Below are positions 1 to 13,082 of a DNA stretch of 64,000 bases, piece after piece. The DNA comes from Mytilus edulis (Eukaryota): NCBI RefSeq assembly GCF_963676685.1, contig NC_092347.1, positions 61,938,001 through 62,002,000 on the forward strand, written 5' to 3'. Numbering within the stretch: position 1 is the stretch's first letter; every line of letters starts with the position of its first letter. A program made the translations under genes and the position numbers. The notes under the pieces were generated by a model. That model was given only the letters and a program-made list of their open reading frames with translations. It did not search any database and was not told where the DNA came from.

Positions 1-78
1 CTAAGAAGTATTTTCTGCTGGTTTAACATATGATTTGTCAGATAATGTAATCTTTGTGTAAACTAATGATTTCCTTAC

Positions 79-251
79 CCAACAACAAGTCTTTGGAATT
101 TTTTCGTTGGTGGCTTTATGATTTTTTGCCAGGCGATGACAATTCTTGTTTCTGTTGGATTGACTACTTCTACCACTGTTGGGAACCATTTTGAATATAA
201 AACAGCAAGAAAAATAACCACTAGAGCTACAGATAAAGTTTTGGGAAACAT
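79..251 (-). CDS. ADPGK: ADP-dependent glucokinase, first coding exon (gene continues beyond the left edge)
   Basis: ATG at 251 gives MFPKTLSVALVVIFLAVLYSKWFPTVVEVVNPTETRIVIAWQKIIKPPTKKFQRLVV(G), then donor GTAAGG at 78. Hydrophobic signal/anchor followed by a segment resembling the vertebrate ADPGK N-terminus as I recall it ([26 protein letters not shown]). Confidence 0.75.
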
Positions 252-516
252 GATGCCAACTCAACATTCACTAACCGGTGCCCAACAACACCCCGCCGGA
301 AAATAGAACACTAAAAGATAATCCGCTGGGAAATCGTATCTTGCCAATATTTAATACCATTTTTCATGAACTTTAAATCTCATTTTACAAGAAAATGACA
401 AAAGAATTAAGATTTATTATAGTTCTAGAAAAATATGGATTGAGTTTTAATCTGAAAGTAGAAAAATTAACAAAAACTATTCACTTCCGGTAAAATTATT
501 CCGCATAATTGTAAAC
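252..516. promoter_or_regulatory. Compact bidirectional promoter/5'UTR region between ADPGK and metaxin
   Basis: Divergent ATGs only 265 bp apart. ETS/GABP-type ACTTCCGG at 483-490 and CCGGAAA at 296-302. Confidence 0.6.
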
Positions 517-600
517 ATGACAGACGACGTGCTTAACCTTGAAGTTTGGAAAGGAAACTGGGATTTGCCATCAGTTGACAATGAATGTCTTACAGTTTGG
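517..600 (+). CDS. MTX1: metaxin exon 1
   Basis: MTDDVLNLEVWKGNWDLPSVDNECLTVW; donor GTAAGC. Confidence 0.9.
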
Positions 601-3600
601 GTAAGCAATTAGTTAATTTCTCCCCCTTCTATTTAACAACTTTGAAATAAGTCGATACACACCCTTGTAGTATTTGTTTATTGAACACAGTGCAGATTTG
701 CAACTTTCTTGAACACATGTGTTTCACTGCGATACGGTTTCACTGACACTATGAAGCTACACTTCACTTAACATAGAAAATGAATTCGCTCTATATTAGC
801 TGGCAAAGCTTCATGACTTCTTTATGTAAGTTTGTAGAGCAGTGGCAAATGTGCATATAAGGCACCAAATGAGGTTTTTAGTAGGATCGCATTTACAATG
901 CATTGTCAACTGGGAATCCGGGTCTGTTCGCGCCCAATCACTTTCGCACCCAATCACTTTCGCACCCATTCACATTCGCCCCCTTTCACTTTCGCACCCC
1001 ACATATTCGCACCCAAATTTTTAGAAAAAAACACAATCATACATCAGTCATATACACATATACAACAAAACATGAATATTCAAGTAACTATAACACAAGT
1101 TAATCAAAGTTTAAAAGTCTACTGTTGCGGAACATCTTCAGTTGGTTAGTCTAAACGCCCATACAGTCTGGAGATCACCTTAATGAAGTGTGTAGTTGAC
1201 ATTGCTATATCCATGTAAGAATCCCACAAGGTCTGTATCTTCTGTTCTAGTACATGTACTGTGTAGCGGCGGTGAACATTTCGCTCTAAGTCGACGGAAC
1301 GCACACTGACATCAACAACCTCAGCTTCTTTCATCAAGTCGGAGACATTAACATTAACATTTAATAATTAATCATCAAATTAATAAAAAAAGATTCTATT
1401 CAATAATTTCTCAAATTTTATTCAAATAGAATACATTTATCATGTTTATTTGTTATATTCATATAAAAAATATCTAATAATTTAACTAAAATTTTAATAC
1501 AAATTGGGCGTGAACGTGTAGGGTGCGAACGGACTTGGGTGGGGGGGCGAAAATGTGAGGTGTGAACGTGTAGGGTGCGAAAGTGTATTGGGCGCGAACA
1601 GACCTGATACCATCAACTGGTACAGTGGTACAAATGTACTAAGTTGTGGGTTCCATGATGTACGTTCCAGACCAAGTCATAATTTACAGCCCCAAATATC
1701 TTAGGCAGATGCAGCCCCTATTAGGAATGATAAACATGCAGGTTGCTGTTCATTATACTTAGTATTCATATAATTGTGAATGAGTTTTGATATATATGTA
1801 TGTAATAAAAATTACCGGTAAATGAATGAATGAATACTTTATTTGCAAGAAGCATATATACATACTATGGCAAATGTAAATATAAATGAATGTATTCTGA
1901 GTTTCATTAATTCATCAGTAAATAATGCCTTTCTGTTTATTTGCAGGCATATTGTAAATTTTCTGGTCTTCCAACTAAAGTACAGAAAAGTCACCAGACA
2001 AATTTATTTCAGTCATCACTAGGTTTGTATTAAGTTAACAATTATACATAGTATTTGTACAAAGATGATATGAGTTACGATGTAGTTAATGTGACTTTAT
2101 TGAAATCTGTATATTTTGGATCACAATCAAAGTACATGACATATTTTTTCTGTCTTTTAAAATTACTATGTGTTTTTTTTTGTGTATTTTATGATCGGGT
2201 TTGGAAAGAAGATTTTTTTTTCTTCATTATTTTTCTGATTGCATTCTATCAATTTTATGCAAAATCTTTGTAAGCATTTCAGGCTCCTTAATTGTTTGTT
2301 ATTGTTTCAGAGGAGATATATATCAAGCAAAGGGCAAACCTAAACATGATCTTGACCTCAATTTCAAGATATGTACCAAAAAATATAAAATAAAAAATTC
2401 TATGTCTAAATGACAAATGGTTTATGTTATATGGTCCGAGACCACAATTGTCGTCCCTTGTTTTTCGTTGTTCACGAATATAGTCCCTAGTGTTGACAGT
2501 GGGTTACTTGCCATTAATTTTTATACCCCTTCCAAATTTTATTTCTCCATATTTATTGCCTCAAATTGCAAGTATGGGGGTGAAATTACACTGTAAAAAC
2601 ATTTGGGTCCAGAATTTTAAAGGAAAGTAGTGATTTGGTCCAGCTGAAAAAGGTTGAAAATTAGCACTTCGGAAGCTGTCAAAAGATTTCAAGACGCCCT
2701 AAACATAAAATTGTCCATATTTTGAGTTAGAGCCGATGAAGTTTTCTATAATTTTGATATAATTTGTCCCAAAAGTAGTACAACACACTGTAAAAGTTTC
2801 TTTGAGAAAGCGCAGGTGGGATTTTTTTAATTTTCATTTATGTTCTAAAAGAAATGCACTACGAAATAATTGTGTTCTCGGACCATATCAATAATGAACA
2901 TACCGTATTTAGCGTAGAAGGGGAGATAACAACTGTAAGAAGTCAAATTTGATCAAATTAATGATTTCAACAATAAAAAAAAGTTGTTTATATATTAAAG
3001 TTTTAAAAGGGAGATGCAATAACATGAAAAGCATTGTTCTTGGGGATGTTTAGAAAAAAGGTTCTGTTCTATGGTCATTGTCGAAAATATATAATATAAT
3101 TTAGTTTACAATTTATGAAAAAATACATTACCTGGAATCAGGAATTATATACAATGTAATCAACAGTCTCATAAAGAAATACACAATATGATAAATGTAT
3201 CATTTTTTGTACATTTAGATAAATTAACCACACATTTTAAATTTCCAAGTACATTCATATAATTGGAATCAGAAATTTTATGATTTACTTTCTCACAAAG
3301 CAATACATGATATATAAATGTTCAGAATTTTTTTATTTAATTGATTGTTTCTTGATCAAAAGAGCATATTGTTATTTAGATAATTGATGTGTTCAGATGA
3401 CAATATACATGTACAGCTTCATATGTGTATTTTTTTTCCAGCAAAACACAACCTACCAGTACTACAACATGGATCGGCAACAGAATCTCAATTAGGCAAT
3501 ATTTTATCCTACTTAAAAAATCAGGTAAAGGAAAATCTTATAGTGAATGCTATTTACAACAAAGGTACTCATAAAGCATCAACTACTCTCCTACTCAAGA

Positions 3601-6600
3601 TTTAAGGAATATATTTTATACACAATTACAAGAAAGGTCACATAAAGTATCTTAAACTGTAAGTATTTAATTCTATTTAAAAAGTCAATTAAAAGAAAAT
3701 CTTATATACAATACCAAACAGGAACTCTTAAAGCAGATTAAACGTAATTTTTTCGCCTACATACAAATCAGGTTCATTTTATTTTCATGGATTTGTTACA
3801 CATTCTCAGATATGCAGTTTTCTCCTACTTATTTTGCATGGAAAAATATATGTGATATAATTATTTAATTTGTTGTCATTGAGCAGCCTTTGAAGAGGAT
3901 GACATCCTCAATCAGTACAGACAAGTGATATTTATTTATAAAGCAACTATCAAAAATTGATTAGTCTGTGCAAAAAACATTTCTAGCTTCTAACCCAAAT
4001 CAGAAAGTTCAACATTTTCCCCTAAATAAGTAAACTATTTAAGGAGTAGGTCCGGTCCGGTAAGGGCCCATTTTGGCCTCAAATTTCAGGTTCATCTGAA
4101 GAAAGATTTTGTTCACTTTTTAAACACTTAAGTTTCTATTTCATTCGATTCAATTAGTTTGTGTGAAACATTTGAACTGATTTAGTCATTTCAGACTCTC
4201 ATATTCAAGCTTAAATATGAAAAATCTATCAAATATGCCATAATATGCCACTTTTCAGATAGTTTTTGTCAAAAATGAAAGTGGCCACATCCGTGTTCAC
4301 CCTCAACTTTTTCATATGTTATGTATTATCATCAATACAACTTACATTTAGATATTAAGAAGGAACACGAATGGGACCACTTCAATTTAAGACAAAAACC
4401 GTCAAAAATTTAACTCAAATGCTAAAATTGTGAAGATTTCAGTAATTTAGCATGACTTAATGATGCTAGTACTTGATATATATGTGCATTAAATTGTAAA
4501 AAACAGCCCATATTTATGTAGCAGAAATATTCTATTTTCCAATAAATAGCTAAAAATTTACATTATGAAAAATTTTGCAAAACTGATATATTTTGGGGCC
4601 AAAAAGGGGTCTTACTGAACCTACTCCTTTTACTAAATTTTCACTAGGCCAAATTGATATTTACTAGACTTGGGCACTGGGCTAGTGGCTAAAGGCACAG
4701 ACTGAGTGAATACAATTGACAATTTTAAAGGTGTGTGGTCATTTATGTTCTATCAATAAATTGAAGTCAACTATTTTACACAATTTGTTTTTTGTAAATA
4801 ATTCTTTTACCACATGCATCACAATTTTGAGGTGTATATTGGAATCACTCCGTCTGACCATGTGTCTGCCCATATACCTTGTAAGCTCAACTCCTCCTAA
4901 TTAGCTACACTGGCTACAATGAAATTTGATATAGTAGAACACTTCTGATAGAGGACAAAGGAAAATAATTCTAGTCCAACATGTTAAAAAGGGATCGAGA
5001 TAATCTAATTAGGGTCCCGCCAAAGGCGGTCCCCTATAGTGATCAGTCTGTCCGTCCGTCCATCCGTCCGTCCGTCCGTAACACTTTGTGTCCGCTCCAT
5101 ATCTAGAGAACCATTATGATTTCATACTTTATACTTTACATGTTTATTAACCACCACCAGAGGGCGTGTCATGATGTATGTACAACTTCCTAGGTCAAAG
5201 GTCGAGGTAAAAAAACTTTGGTTTCAGTTGACAACCCTGTGTCCTGTGGTGAAGATCGTGTCCACTCTATATCTTGAGAACCGTTATGATTTCAAAGTTT
5301 ATACTTGACATGTATATGAACCAACACCAGAGGGTGTGTCATAATTTATGAACGACTGCCTACGGCAAAGTTCAAGGTCAAAAACTTTGGTTTCAGTTGA
5401 CAACCCCATGTCCTATGGTAAAGATTGTGTCCGCTCTATATCTTGAGAACCGTTATCATTTCAAAGTTTATACTTGACATGTATATAATCCAACACCAAA
5501 GGGTGTGTCATAATTTATGTGCAACTTCCTAGGTCAAAGGTCAAGGTCAAAAACTTTGGTTTCAGTTGACAACCCCATGTCCTATGGTAAAGATCGTGTC
5601 CGCTCTATATCTTGAGAACCTTTATCATTTCAAAGTTTATACTTGACATGTTTATAAACCAACACCAAAGGGTGTGTCATAATTTATTTACAACTTCATA
5701 GGTCAAAGGTCAAGGTCAAAAACTTTGATTTCAGTTGACAAACCCATGTCCTATGGTAAAGATACAATTTTTTAATGCACATTATTCACAGCAGGGCCCA
5801 CAGAGATGGCTCCCATCTCAATGATATCTAGTTGCTTTTATATATGTATAGTATTGCTTGTATAGTTAAATTTACAGATACTAACATTATTTTTGTAGCA
5901 GTAAGTAATTTAAAAAAAATTCAATTGATCAACTCTTAAATATGTGTTTCCATAAAATTGATTGATATTTCATAAAACTAATCAGAAATATAAATCATAT
6001 TTTCCTATTATCTCAAAATACATGATTTCTTTTCAGGGTCTTGGAGTGGACAAGAATTTTAGTAGTAAAGAACTAGCTGACATATCTGCATTTACTGCAC
6101 TGATAGAAGAAAAATTGCTTCCTGCCTATGTAAGTTGTCTTTGTTTTTTTAACGAAGTTTTATAAAAAATAATAGATAATCAAAATCAATTAAATGAAAG
6201 AAAAAAACCAAACAACATACCAAGTACCGGTAGAATAAACAAAACCATCAACAAAATATAAGATAACAGACTTCAGTTTCTTCACTACTAGCACCTGTAT
6301 TATTGCTCATTACATTTTTAAAGCAATAAGTTATGAAGGTGAAAATTATCAACTATAACATATGATAAAACAATATGGTTACCTTTTCTAATAGGTTGCT
6401 AATTCTGGAGGCAAAACATTGATAAAAAAAATCACTTGTATCATAATTATAGTATTAATTCCAATTATAATCATATGACTCATAATGAGATACTAGATGT
6501 ACTAGGTACATTCAGTTTTCATCTTTTAATATTACATTTTTGATTATTTTCAGTTACATCATTGGTGGGTGGATACAGACACATATGTAGAAATTACCAG

Positions 6601-8876
6601 ACCATTTTATGCAAAAGCTTCCCCATTCCCTTTAAATTATTTTGTTCCTGGAAGAATACAGAGAGCTGCAAAGCAACATATATATGAACCCAGAAGAAAT
6701 GATGTTATCAGTGATGAAGAAGTGGAATTACTAGTAAGAATAGTTTTTACTTATAAATTCTTGCCATGCACTTTTAAAAAAATGAAGTCATTGTCTGCTA
6801 TGTATTGTAAATATACATAGATTTAAAAATAACTTTAAAAAAACCATCACTAAATATTTTTACTGAATAAAAATCAGAGCATGATAAGATTGATGAAATA
6901 TACATAAAAGGAGTGGAAAGGGATTAATATAAGTTGCAAAACTTGTTTCCCAATCCACTATAAATAAATATGTTTAAACTAAAAAGAAAAGGTCAAGTCT
7001 CATATTTTTATAGGAAATTATTTTGCAGAAAAGGGCATGGCACATTAGCACATTTATACCATGTTTTGTGTCTCAGAACTATTCTAGAAAAAAAAGGTGA
7101 CCTACAGCTTGTAATTTATGATTGTAAATATGAATAAGAAAGTAGAGAAAAATAAATTTGGAAAACCAATACTGGTTGTTTTTAAATATAAAAGGGGTAT
7201 ATCTAATCTACAAAGATTAACTTGTATCCAATTTACTTCTCCTTTCAGGTATATAAAGAAGCCAAGGAATGTTTAAATCATTTATCATACAGATTAGGTG
7301 AAAAAGATTTTTTCTTTGGGGACCAGTAAGTTATTATCTTACATAGTTTTCGTAAAATAAGATATGAGCAATAATTCTACCTAAAAGATATTTCCATGAG
7401 GTAACACTTCTATATAAGATGTCTTGTAGCAAAATCTCTTTTGGGGAAAGGCTGTAAATTTATGCAGTTTCCCCTTGTTAGAAGTTCGAAGGCCTGAAGC
7501 AAACATTTAAATTAATTCTGTCAAATAAAAAAAATATTTTCACAAATCGGTGATTTTAATTCACAAGCACACCTCTTATGCTTATTGAACAGGTTCCTGA
7601 AGCTTCACAGAAAGATTTCAAACATATCTAGATATCACACCAACATGTACCTGTACTTGAAATATTTTTTTCAATGTTTTTTCAGACCATCATCATTAGA
7701 TGCATTAGTATTTGGTTATGTAGCACCATTACTGAAGGCACCATTACCAAACAGTCAGTTAGCTAACCATGTAAAAGGATGTACTAATTTAAGTGGATTA
7801 TGTAATCGTATCTTGAATAAATATTTACCAATGTCTCCAGAAGGTAAGAATATATGTATACTTTGTAAAGTGGGAGAGGATATATTGATTTTATCATTTC
7901 TCTGCATCAGATAGTTCAAATTTCTAATTTTAAAAGTGAACTGAGCTAAGCATTTAAATTGTTTGGAGCTATTGTGTGGAATTCCCCATTATGCAATGGA
8001 AGGAAAGGTTTTTAAAAGGTTTTTGCATGACATTTGGAGGTTTATTGATTTCAACTTAGAGAAATATTCAACATTGACAATGGATTCAGACTGGAAATAT
8101 TGAATGAATTATGTTTTCTGTATGTATAAGACATGTGAACTTTAATGCAGATTATGTATACAAATAAGGAGTTGTGGTATTATTAATAATGAGGCAACTG
8201 TCGACCAGAGTTAAATTGAAGTGGATATTAGCAATTATAGGTCACAGTACGTCTTCAACAATGTGAAATTCCATGGCCTATAGTCTACTAACGATAAAAA
8301 TGTGAAACAATTTGATCAAGAAAATAAATGACCTAATTAAAAAAAAAAAAAGTTATAAAAAACAAAAAAAAACCCAGACATTAACCAACAGTGATTTACT
8401 GTTTTTATAATGATGTTTCAGAGTAAGATTTAATTGTGCAGTTTCAGGTGTCAGTGACAGTTACATTTGTTAAAATTTGTGATAAGTTTAAATAGGCAAG
8501 ACTGTACTGACATATACATATCTGTTTAATTCATAGCATCTATCAGTCTTAAAGTGATCAGGAATAAATAAGGGAGATGTTATTTATGTATCAATAACTT
8601 ACTTTAATTCCTCACATTTTTTTCAATATGAATATTTCAGATTTAGAAGAAAAAAGAAAAAGGGAATTGGAAGAAAGGGAAAAGAAACAAGTAGATTCTT
8701 TAGAATTCCCAAACAAAAGAAGGAATATGATTCTTGCTGCACTGTTTGCCTTATCTTCTATGATAGGATATGCATTTATAAGTGGCCTTGTAGGTGTAGT
8801 GATAGTAGATGAAGGGGATTATGATGGATTTTCAGGGGTATTCGGTGACGATGAAGGAGGGGGAGATGATGATTGA
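517..8876 (+). CDS. MTX1: Metaxin-1/3-like mitochondrial outer membrane protein, 8 exons, 328 aa
   Basis: Exons 517-600, 1947-2022, 3442-3524, 6037-6129, 6554-6733, 7249-7325, 7686-7843, 8641-8876; all GT-AG, phases consistent, 987 nt. Metaxin motifs WKGNWDLPSVDNECL, EEKLLPA, WWVD..Y, FFFGDQPSSLDALVFGY, FPNKRRN and a C-terminal TM helix. Confidence 0.92.
914..1611. mobile_element. Mutator-like (MULE) deletion derivative
   Basis: TIRs GAATCCGGGTCTGTTCGCGCCCAAT / ATTGGGCGCGAACAGACCTGATACC with subterminal TTCGCACCC repeats. 9-bp TSD GTCAACTGG/ATCAACTGG. Internal minus-strand ORF fragment 1146-1337 may be a transposase C-terminal remnant. Confidence 0.7.
1947..2022 (+). CDS. MTX1: metaxin exon 2
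   Basis: ttgcag|AYCKFSGLPTKVQKSHQTNLFQSSL|gtttgt. Confidence 0.85.
2430..2887. mobile_element. MITE with terminal inverted repeats
   Basis: TATGGTCCGAGACCACAATT ... AATTGTGTTCTCGGACCATA. Confidence 0.75.
3442..3524 (+). CDS. MTX1: metaxin exon 3
   Basis: ttccag|KHNLPVLQHGSATESQLGNILSYLKNQ|gtaaag. Confidence 0.88.
4043..4627. mobile_element. TTAA-site (Kolobok-like) non-autonomous DNA transposon
   Basis: ttaa|GGAGTAGGT...ACCTACTCC|tttt; imperfect TIR of about 35 bp, right TSD degenerate. Confidence 0.65.
5007..5833 (+). mobile_element. HINE/Helentron (DINE-1/pearl-like) non-autonomous element with internal ~170-bp tandem repeats
   Basis: 5' hairpin CCGCCAAAGGCGG, (GTCC)n microsatellite at 5050-5078, about 4 repeats containing AAAACTTTGGTTTCAGTTGACAACCC and GGTCAAAGGTCAAGG, 3' hairpin GAGATGG-CTC-CCATCTC, ends CTAGTT. 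Confidence 0.7.
6037..6129 (+). CDS. MTX1: metaxin exon 4
   Basis: tttcag|GLGVDKNFSSKELADISAFTALIEEKLLPAY|gtaagt. Confidence 0.9.
6554..6733 (+). CDS. MTX1: metaxin exon 5
   Basis: tttcag|LHHWWVDTDTYVEITRPFY...EEVELL|gtaaga. Confidence 0.9.
7249..7325 (+). CDS. MTX1: metaxin exon 6
   Basis: tttcag|VYKEAKECLNHLSYRLGEKDFFFGD|gtaagt. Confidence 0.9.
7686..7843 (+). CDS. MTX1: metaxin exon 7
   Basis: tttcag|PSSLDALVFGYVAPLLKAP...MSPE|gtaaga. Confidence 0.9.
8641..8876 (+). CDS. MTX1: metaxin exon 8 (TM helix and acidic tail)
   Basis: tttcag|DLEEKRKR...FPNKRRNMILAALFALSSMIGYAFISGLVGVVIV...DDD stop. Confidence 0.9.
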
Positions 8877-10310
8877 GGAACTGCTGGTCCTAGTTCTTTT
8901 AGTATATATATCAAAATAGTCCATTGTTATGTAATTCTCATTCCGAACCAGGAAGCAAAACATTAAATTTTTATTAAAAAAGTACATGTGTAATTTATTT
9001 TCATGTTGGATGAGTTTCTTTGTTGTGGATGATGTTGTTTGAACATAATCCTAATGCTGTGGAAACATACCATTTTTTCATGGATTTAGGAAAAATTGTA
9101 TTTTCAAGGATATTTATAAACTAGTTTTGACAAAATCAGCATAGGAACTTATAAAAAATTTGGATTCTGTTGTTCATTGAAATTCATTGTTTACCTGTAT
9201 GAACAAAATCCAGAAAAAATGGCAACCTAAGAATGATAATGAATCCAGAGAAGCCAATTTCATTTTTAATTCCACCTTATGTAAAAATGCTGTATTTTGA
9301 TTGGATGAGAACCATGGTATTTTTCACCAATTTCTATATATTGAGATTTTCTTTTCTCTGCCGGGGTATTTGCCATTAGGGAATTCCATATGCCGGGGTA
9401 TTTGCTAAGATGGGAAATACCCTAGCAAATACCATGGCAGATGGAGAATACCATGTCTAAAAATAACTCAATGAATTATTTCTATTCTAATATGACAAAT
9501 TCATGGTCATTCTAAATATATGGTTCAGCCCATTTCATTTTAAATTCATATCCATTTTTGGTTATTTTTACCAAAAACTGTTTTTTTTATATAATGGAAC
9601 CCAGAAGCATTATTTACCATCTCAAGTATACACAAAAGTATGAAAACAAATGATTATGTGTACAAAATGTTATAAAATACTAGAAAATAACCAATATATT
9701 ACAAGGAAATATGCATGTATTGTTTTCTTTGTCTAAACAGTGCTGGAAGGTCTTCAAAAAAGAAATAACAAGCTCCTAACAAACAGTGAAAAAATGTTCA
9801 ACTAAATTAAAAAGAAAACACAGGCCAACAAGACTTATATAAGATAATCAAGGTTTGAATGGCAAATCAAAATATATACATACTACATACAGCACAGTAG
9901 CTTAGAAACTGTAGCTCTAATGGTTCTAGGGATCTTTCTTATATCTATTTGCAGACCATAGTCAGCAAAACACATCCAAAGGACTAAACAAGCTATGTTT
10001 CTGCAGCTAACCACACAACAGACAACACTGACACAAAATCTTATACAATACAAATGAACTTTTTTGAAACTAGAGAAATAACAGGAAAGATTCATTTCAT
10101 ATTGGTTTTCATTCAAAGCGAAAAATAAATTTGGCATTTCTCATGTGTTGAAGACAATGCATAAAAGATGATAGATGTTTCATGGCAGCATTACTCATTC
10201 TTGAAATTAATAAAAGTTGGTCATTTTCTTCTAGAACTGTATAATTGTTTGAAAATTAACCATCGATGAATATACACATATTTTAAGATGTGTATAATGC
10301 AAAACATTTG

Positions 10311-10956
10311 AGGGACCTCTGTGGCCGTAGTAGTAGAACTACTGCATCACTAGCCTGTCAACACTGTGAGTTGGAATCTGGAAGATGCACTTGACCTGAA
10401 ATCTTAATTTACAAGGATGGTCAGTTTTCCTACTGAAGGCTGGTGGTTCTCTCGGAGCACTTCAGCTTCCTACACCAAGCAAAACTAACCACCACAAAAT
10501 AGCACAATATTAATTTACTAGGATGGTCAGTTTTCCTACTGAAGGCTGGTGGTTCTCTCGGAGCACTTCAGCTTCCTACACCAAGCAAAACTAACCACCA
10601 CAAAATAGCACAATATTAATTTACTAGGATGGTCAGTTTTCCTACTGAAGGCTGGTGGTTCTCTTGGAGCACTTCAGCTTCCTACACCAAGCAAAACTAA
10701 CCACCACAAAATAGCACAATATTAATTTACTAGGATGGTCAGTTTTCCTACTGAAGGCTGGTGGTTCTCTCGGAGCACTTCAGCTTCCTACACCAAGCAA
10801 AACTAACCACCACAAAATAGCACAATATTAATTTACTAGGATGGTCAGTTTTCCTACTGAAGGCTGGTGGTTCTCTCGGAGCACTTCAGCTTCCTACACC
10901 AAGCAAAACTAACCACCACAAAATAGCACAATATTGCTGAAACACCAATCAATCAA
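10311..10956 (+). mobile_element. tRNA-derived SINE (V/Meta-core-like) with its body amplified to five 106-bp tandem copies
   Basis: Degenerate tRNA-like head (GTGGCCGTAGT...GAGTTGGAATC). GGATGGTCAG recurs at 10415, 10521, 10627, 10733 and 10839. Core GGTTCTCTCGGAGCACTTCAGCTTCCT; (CAAT)n tail. Confidence 0.65.
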
Positions 10957-11174
10957 ATATACAAGTTCCAAGATGTGTATTGTACAAAAATTTAGTTATC
11001 TAAAATAAACTTTAAATTCATTCTGCAGTCAATTCAAGCTTGATTTATCACTTGAACAAATACAGAGTATGGTTTTATTTTCAATTATTTAGGAATAAAA
11101 AGCCAATAAACAAATAGATTTAAAAAATGTATTTTATTGGATTATTATCTGCATCATAATTCTGACTTGGTTAC

Positions 11175-11569
11175 TCATGAAATGAGAAAACCAGAGAACA
11201 TACTGAAGTTATATTCAGGCTCAGAAAAAATGTAGTTTTCATAATAATCTTGTTTAATGCAAACTTTGTCTCCTTTTTTCAAGTCGAGTACCAAGTTCAA
11301 TGTCCCACTGTAATAATGGTAAGAATATGAGGTAACAGTCTTTAGGTTATTTTTCCACAGACTAACACGAATCGCTTTATTTCCAGTGGACATTACTGTA
11401 CAAGAAAAATGATATACACCATTTTTCGGAGATGTGTATACACCAGATTGTGGATTATAATCATTTCCAATGTTGCTCCATACTTTGTCAAATCTTACAA
11501 TATGTCCTATCACCACATATTTAGCTCTACTCAAAGAGACTGAAAATCCTGATGCAGTACTTCTATCTC
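11175..11569 (-). CDS. C1q globular domain exon
   Basis: ttccag acceptor, phase 1; open frame to TGA; canonical gC1q motifs. Confidence 0.9.
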
Positions 11570-12289
11570 CTGGAAATACACATAGTCTATAAGCAATAAG
11601 CTATTAAATTTATTGAAAAATTCATCAGATCATCAACATCAAAAAAATGATATATGAAGCAAGCTGTAATATTTGGTTTGTACCTATCTAAATTGTAACT
11701 TATTTCAGGACTTTATACACACTAAGAGGACATAATACTTCATACAGGTGTTTCAATATGTGTGCTAATGTGACCCATTCTAAGTCTTAACCATTGAAGT
11801 TATAATTTTTTCATTGGTACGCTATTTTTTTTAATTAGGCAAAGTTTGTTATTTTATTTATTTGTTTCGTGTCCAGGAGAATTTTCAAAACCTGCATGCA
11901 AGCCCTGATATAAAACATGCACTTAAATATGTGATATATATTTTGATGCCATTTTTGACATTCATTTTTTTTACATACAAAAGATAATTTTAAACCTACA
12001 CTAAAATTATATGTATTGGGTATGTTCAATTTCCCCTTGAAAAAAAGTTGTTATTTCTTCATTTCTAAAGATTTCCTGAAATATTTCTTTCCTCTGTGTT
12101 TTGTTCTGAATGCAGATCATTAGAAAGTCTGTAGGCACGCGGATGTAAAACAAGGAAAACACATTTGTTTTTGTCGCTCATTGTTTTGGCCTGTAAAATT
12201 GATCTGAAATCTTAGATCATTCAGTATTTAGAAACTTTTGTGACATCTGAGTCTCAGAAATGTTGATTATAAATTCAAGCTTAACTTAC

Positions 12290-12363
12290 CAGATTCTTTA
12301 CCAATGCCTAATTCATCACACATAATTTTAGTTTGTTGACCATGCTAGATTTTTCTGGACAGG
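12290..12363 (-). pseudogene. C1qDC exon 2 (short Cys-containing linker), one base short
   Basis: ttacag|CC TGT CCA GAA...GAA TCT G|gtaagt reads ACPEKSSMVNKLK / MCDELGIGKES across a frameshift. Confidence 0.65.
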
Positions 12364-13082
12364 CTGTAAATTGAAAACACAAAGGTTATCAAAACAGAGA
12401 AGACATCAGGTCAATCACGAATCAGAACTCCACAAGCAAAAAGTCTGCACTAAAAAATTGTACAGAAAACTGGAAATTGAGCAACATTAATCCTAAAAAG
12501 CATGGGTGACCTCTGGTGTTCATAGAACATACCTATCGATAATAGTAATTTAGAAACCTACCTTTTCACAAAAACTTGATGTTGGTTGGAGAACCATAAA
12601 CATGGGGCCATGGACAACCAACATATATCTATGAGGGAAACTTTATACCATTAGGCCTCTGTATACTAGATCAGGATTATCCAGCTCTTTTTCAGAAATC
12701 TAGATTTTTACACAAATATCCTGTCAACTTACTGAATTTGTGAGTGTGTCTTCAATGACAATTCTTAGCAGTAGTATAAAACAATATAGAAAATTTCTTA
12801 TTCCAAGATATCAAAGGCCAAGGGGAGGCTTGAGAAAGTACCAATAAAAAAATATTTTATCTACAACTTAATTAGATAGGACAATTATGAAAGCTTGACA
12901 TATGGTACATACACTTGTCTATTGTTCATTTACATCAAAATGTCTTTTTATTTTGTGTCTTTAAGTTGAAGTATTTGTCCTAAATAAACATAAAATATTT
13001 GCCTTAGACTGAATGGCAATCTTATTAAAGTACATGTATATCCCAATTACCATTTGAATATTAAAACAACTTAGTTACATAC

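Noticed and set aside
1-267. 88-aa ORF from the track
   Set aside because: Wrong frame; the ADPGK-like exon uses ATG 251 in a different frame.
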